A stretch of 64,000 bases of DNA, from the NCBI RefSeq assembly GCF_021028975.2, contig NC_059438.1:31620001-31684000 (forward strand), written 5' to 3'. This DNA comes from Sphaerodactylus townsendi. Its lineage: Eukaryota. Positions 60,292-64,000 of the stretch are shown in pieces. The translations under genes were made by a program, and so were the position numbers. The notes beneath the pieces are model-generated. The model had not been told where the DNA came from. It did not search any database and saw nothing but the letters and a program-made list of their open reading frames with translations. Numbering within the stretch: position 1 is the stretch's first letter; each line of letters opens with the position of its first letter.

Positions 60292-62856
60292 CACGCTAGT
60301 CTATTGCTGAAGTTCCTACAAGCTCTTAGAGTTCTTTCTGCATTTGCACTTCACAAGTTGCAGCTAAGAATGGTGAAATACCTATACTGGATGAACAGAC
60401 AAACCAAAGTGGGGGGCGGGGGACACCCTGCAGAGTGCATTCTAAGTTATTTTGGACTACAAACAAACGCACTGCAGAGAAGGGCATGCGAGACAGAGAA
60501 GCACCAGAAGTACTCCTGGTCAATTAGAAACCAACAGAATGTCGACATCTGCAAAAACAAATGTGGTATGAAGTGGGTGAAAAAACATAGCTTCTCCCCT
60601 CGATCTGCAAGTCCAGAGATCAATTCTCCAGGAAAATAGTTTTCTCAGTATCTTGAGAAATCATCCTCAGCTACCATCTCTAGGCACAGGTTAATTGTCT
60701 GAATCACATTATACCAACGGAAAGCTTTTGACCTATCAAATCCTTCTGGGGACTTTAGACAAACCTGGTTATTTATTTATTTTTGGTATGCAGAGGTTAT
60801 TTTCTAAATCGATCAACTGATCACTTAGTCAATCAATCAAGAAGGCACATAGATTTATGGGGGGGGAGAACAATCTTGTAATTCCCCTCCCCACTTTTCA
60901 TTATTTAAACAAATGCCCCTGCTCCCTGCGACACACACATATCTTACTGAAAGACCATGAAAGATTAAACCTGAATACTTATCATCAACTGAAGGGATTC
61001 TGCCCCCCCCCCCCGCCCAATCAATATTGATTTACAGTTGTGAACCGTGATTCTGTAAAATGCATCACAAAATAAATAAAAGTTTCACAATCCTTTTCAG
61101 AATTGTTATCCACTCACATCAGACGGTTAGCCATAAAGGTACAGAACAAAGAAAGATTTGAATGCACACATTCTGCTAAATGTACACCTCCTAGAACAGT
61201 ACCATTTGAAAAAAACTACTTGTTTTGTCTGCTTTTTTTAAAAAAAACACCCTGGTTTATAACAGTAATATACACTAAACGCGCACACACAGCCAAAATA
61301 TAGCCACTTCAAATATTATAGCATCAGTGGCTATACTCCAGGGGTCTCTTAAGAATGCATGATGTAGCCCTTGGGGGGGGGGGGAAATCGTCTGTACGGG
61401 GAGAGTGCATGAATCTGGCACGAGGAGATCCGCCGGCAAGCCTACGTTTTAAAGTTCACGCCCACTTAAAGGCCATATCTCTCCCAAAGTATCTTGGGAG
61501 TTGTAGTACAGTGAAGGAGCAGAGAACTTTGCTAGAAATTCATGGGCACTCTGACAGAATTAGTTCCTGGGGGTCACCAGGGGGCGAGTATGACTATTAA
61601 GCCACTTCATAGATAAAGACAGCACAGGTATGTCTTAGGTAACAGCACAAGCCATGATGAAGAGCTTAAAAAACAGAATCTGTGAACACTTGGTTTAGCG
61701 TCAACTGCATAGGTTTCAGTTTGCGATAGGAGCCAAGACCCAAAAAGTTACTCTAGATGCACCTAGAGAATGGGTTGTGACCTGTGGCACATTTGAATTC
61801 TGAAGCATCCTCCGTCCTCTATCATGCCAGATCCACTTTTGAGCAAGTATCAAATGTAGTTTGCAATGCAACCTGGGATGCCACAGCTACAGGAACAGTC
61901 AGGACTGCTAGCCTTCCTACAGTAGTAACAATGAAGAGCTGAAGTGTGAGAAACTTCAAAACTCCTTATTAGTACAGTGGTCTTCAACCCCTTGGATCAG
62001 GACCCTCAAGTGCCTCATGAGGCCCCATCGGCTGGGTCATCAGGCCCTACGGAGCAGCTTTAGCTTATTTTTTTGCAGAGTTATGGAAGAATCGACTGCC
62101 TGTCCTTGGATGCATGCCAAGAGGGCATCTGATGGTCAGAATTCGTTTTTAGTCGAGGCAGATTCAAGAGCCACCCCCTCTTCTTACAAAAATGTCTCCT
62201 GCCTTTTGTCTCTGTTGCCCACGCCACTCTAAACGTGGCTCCTCTAATGTTCTGCAGTAGCTCCTCCCTGTGAAGGGTCCATGCCAGAATCAGAGAACTG
62301 GTGGGGACAGGGGACGGGGGAGAGAAGGCCAGCGATAGTGTTTGGGGTGGTACATGTGTGTCTCTCTGAAAAAGACACCTACGCTCACTATCTCTTCCGG
62401 ATGGAAATACAAGCTGAGAAAAAGCTTTCTTGATCCGCTACCTACGGCCTGGCCTCGGTGAGGTCATCACTTTGGCTCTTCCTATCATGTGACTGATGAC
62501 ATGTCCACATTGATGTCATGCCATGTGACTTCTCTCACGCTTTTGTAGCTGCTTAGCGGGTCCCATCTGGAGAGGTTGAAAACCACTGCATCAGCAGAGT
62601 TCAGATCCAGCAGAACCGATTACCCACTGCTGCCCACATTTTCAGTCAGCCCGGATTATTGCCATATTTGTACGCACGACAAATCTATCCGAAGTACAAA
62701 AATAACCCTGGCCAGAGAAATTCCAGTTAAACTCCGTTTTAGCTTCACTCATGATTCGAAATCAAAGCACAGCAGAGATCATTGTGCAAAGTCGTTTGTT
62801 CCCATCTTATCGATATTGCTAATGTCCTTTTGTTATCGCACCAATCCCCCAAGGCC

Positions 62857-63165
<309 letters not shown>

Positions 63166-63574
63166 TTATCTGAGTGGACAGCCTAGAAAAAGGTCCACAG
63201 CTTGTCCAGTGACGTTTACATTCGATATACAAATACAGATAAACACCGAGGGGGTTAGGAGCATGGCATGGCACCCCAGAAATCTGGAAATCCACGTAAA
63301 AAAAATTCGGTCCTCCCTTTGTGCCAAAGAATAAGTCTGAATTTTTTCTCTCTCTTTTAACTTTTAAAAAGTAATTGTGTATATTTATGGTATTAAAAGA
63401 TAAAATATGTTGATATTATATGATGCTAAACATATATTTTATGCATTTTTGAATTTCTAAGTTTTTTCAGTGTCGATGAAGCTTCCACAAAACTCCCTCC
63501 AAATTTCCACTTAATTTCTTATGCCGACCCACGATATATCAAAACTGCAATGGGAAAAGTCACAATGCGGAAGG

Positions 63575-63966
63575 CAGAGGTGGGATCCAGGAGGTTCTCA
63601 CAGGTTCCCGAGAGTAGGTTACTAATTATTTGTGTGTGCCGAGAGGGGGCTACTAATTGGTGATTTTGCCACGTGATTTTTGCCTTAGTTACGCCCCTCC
63701 TCTCAGCAGTAGTGCGCAGAACTTGAAGCAGTCTAGCAGGAGGTGCACCGGCGTGCATGGCAGCCTGCGCCTGCGTGCATTCGTTCCCCACCCAAGGACC
63801 GGCGCAGCGGCTGCGTCCTTGCCACAGCCCTGCCCCGGAATGCCCCGCCCCCGGAATGCCCAGTCCCACCCCCATCGTGCCCCGCCCAGCCCCATTGGCA
63901 CTACACCACAGTCTGAATCCCACCACCATGGGAACCTGTTACAAAAAATTTTGGATCCCACCACTG
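63575..63966. mobile_element. hAT non-autonomous element nested in a Tc1/mariner MITE (PPARA intron)
   Basis: TIRs CAGAGGTGGGATCC / GGATCCCACCACTG; 8-bp TSD GCGGAAGG. Confidence 0.88.
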
Positions 63967-64000
63967 GCGGAAGGGATAACTGTGTCTTAGGAGGATGGTG

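Larger units (their letters stand above)
53275..62856 (-). other. PPARA: Probable long PPARA 3'UTR (~9.6 kb)
   Basis: Minus-strand AATAAA at 53294-53299; region free of the young full-length SINEs common elsewhere; mammalian PPARA is known to have a multi-kb 3'UTR. The end point is inferred. Confidence 0.55.

Overview
Eukaryotic (vertebrate) genomic DNA, most likely a gecko-type squamate judging from the abundant Squam3-like CORE-SINEs with (CTT)n tails. The window is the conserved amniote block TTC38(-) / PKDREJ(+) / CDPF1(+) / PPARA(-), matching the human 22q13.31 order in reverse. It holds TTC38 coding exons 1-6 with their CpG-island promoter, the three CDPF1 coding exons, and the last PPARA coding exon with a probable ~9.6 kb 3'UTR. 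The main novelty is the PKDREJ locus. Instead of one gene there are two intact, intronless ~2,600-aa polycystin paralogs in tandem (15286-22995 and 26891-34774), plus a decayed C-terminal relic of a third copy between them (24105-24368). Both intact proteins have a ~430-aa N-terminal region much longer than in mammalian PKDREJ. Both have a GPS lacking the autoproteolytic H-L-T/S triad but carrying a polybasic convertase-like site. The upstream copy has a strongly diverged pore/S6 region and a shortened cytoplasmic loop. Intergenic and intronic DNA is rich in SINEs, hAT and Tc1/mariner MITEs, CR1/L1/Rex1/RTEX fragments and Penelope-derived palindromes with minimal hammerhead-ribozyme cores. There are three N gaps and two poly-C tracts that are probably artefacts. 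Comparisons with human proteins are from recall and need a database check.
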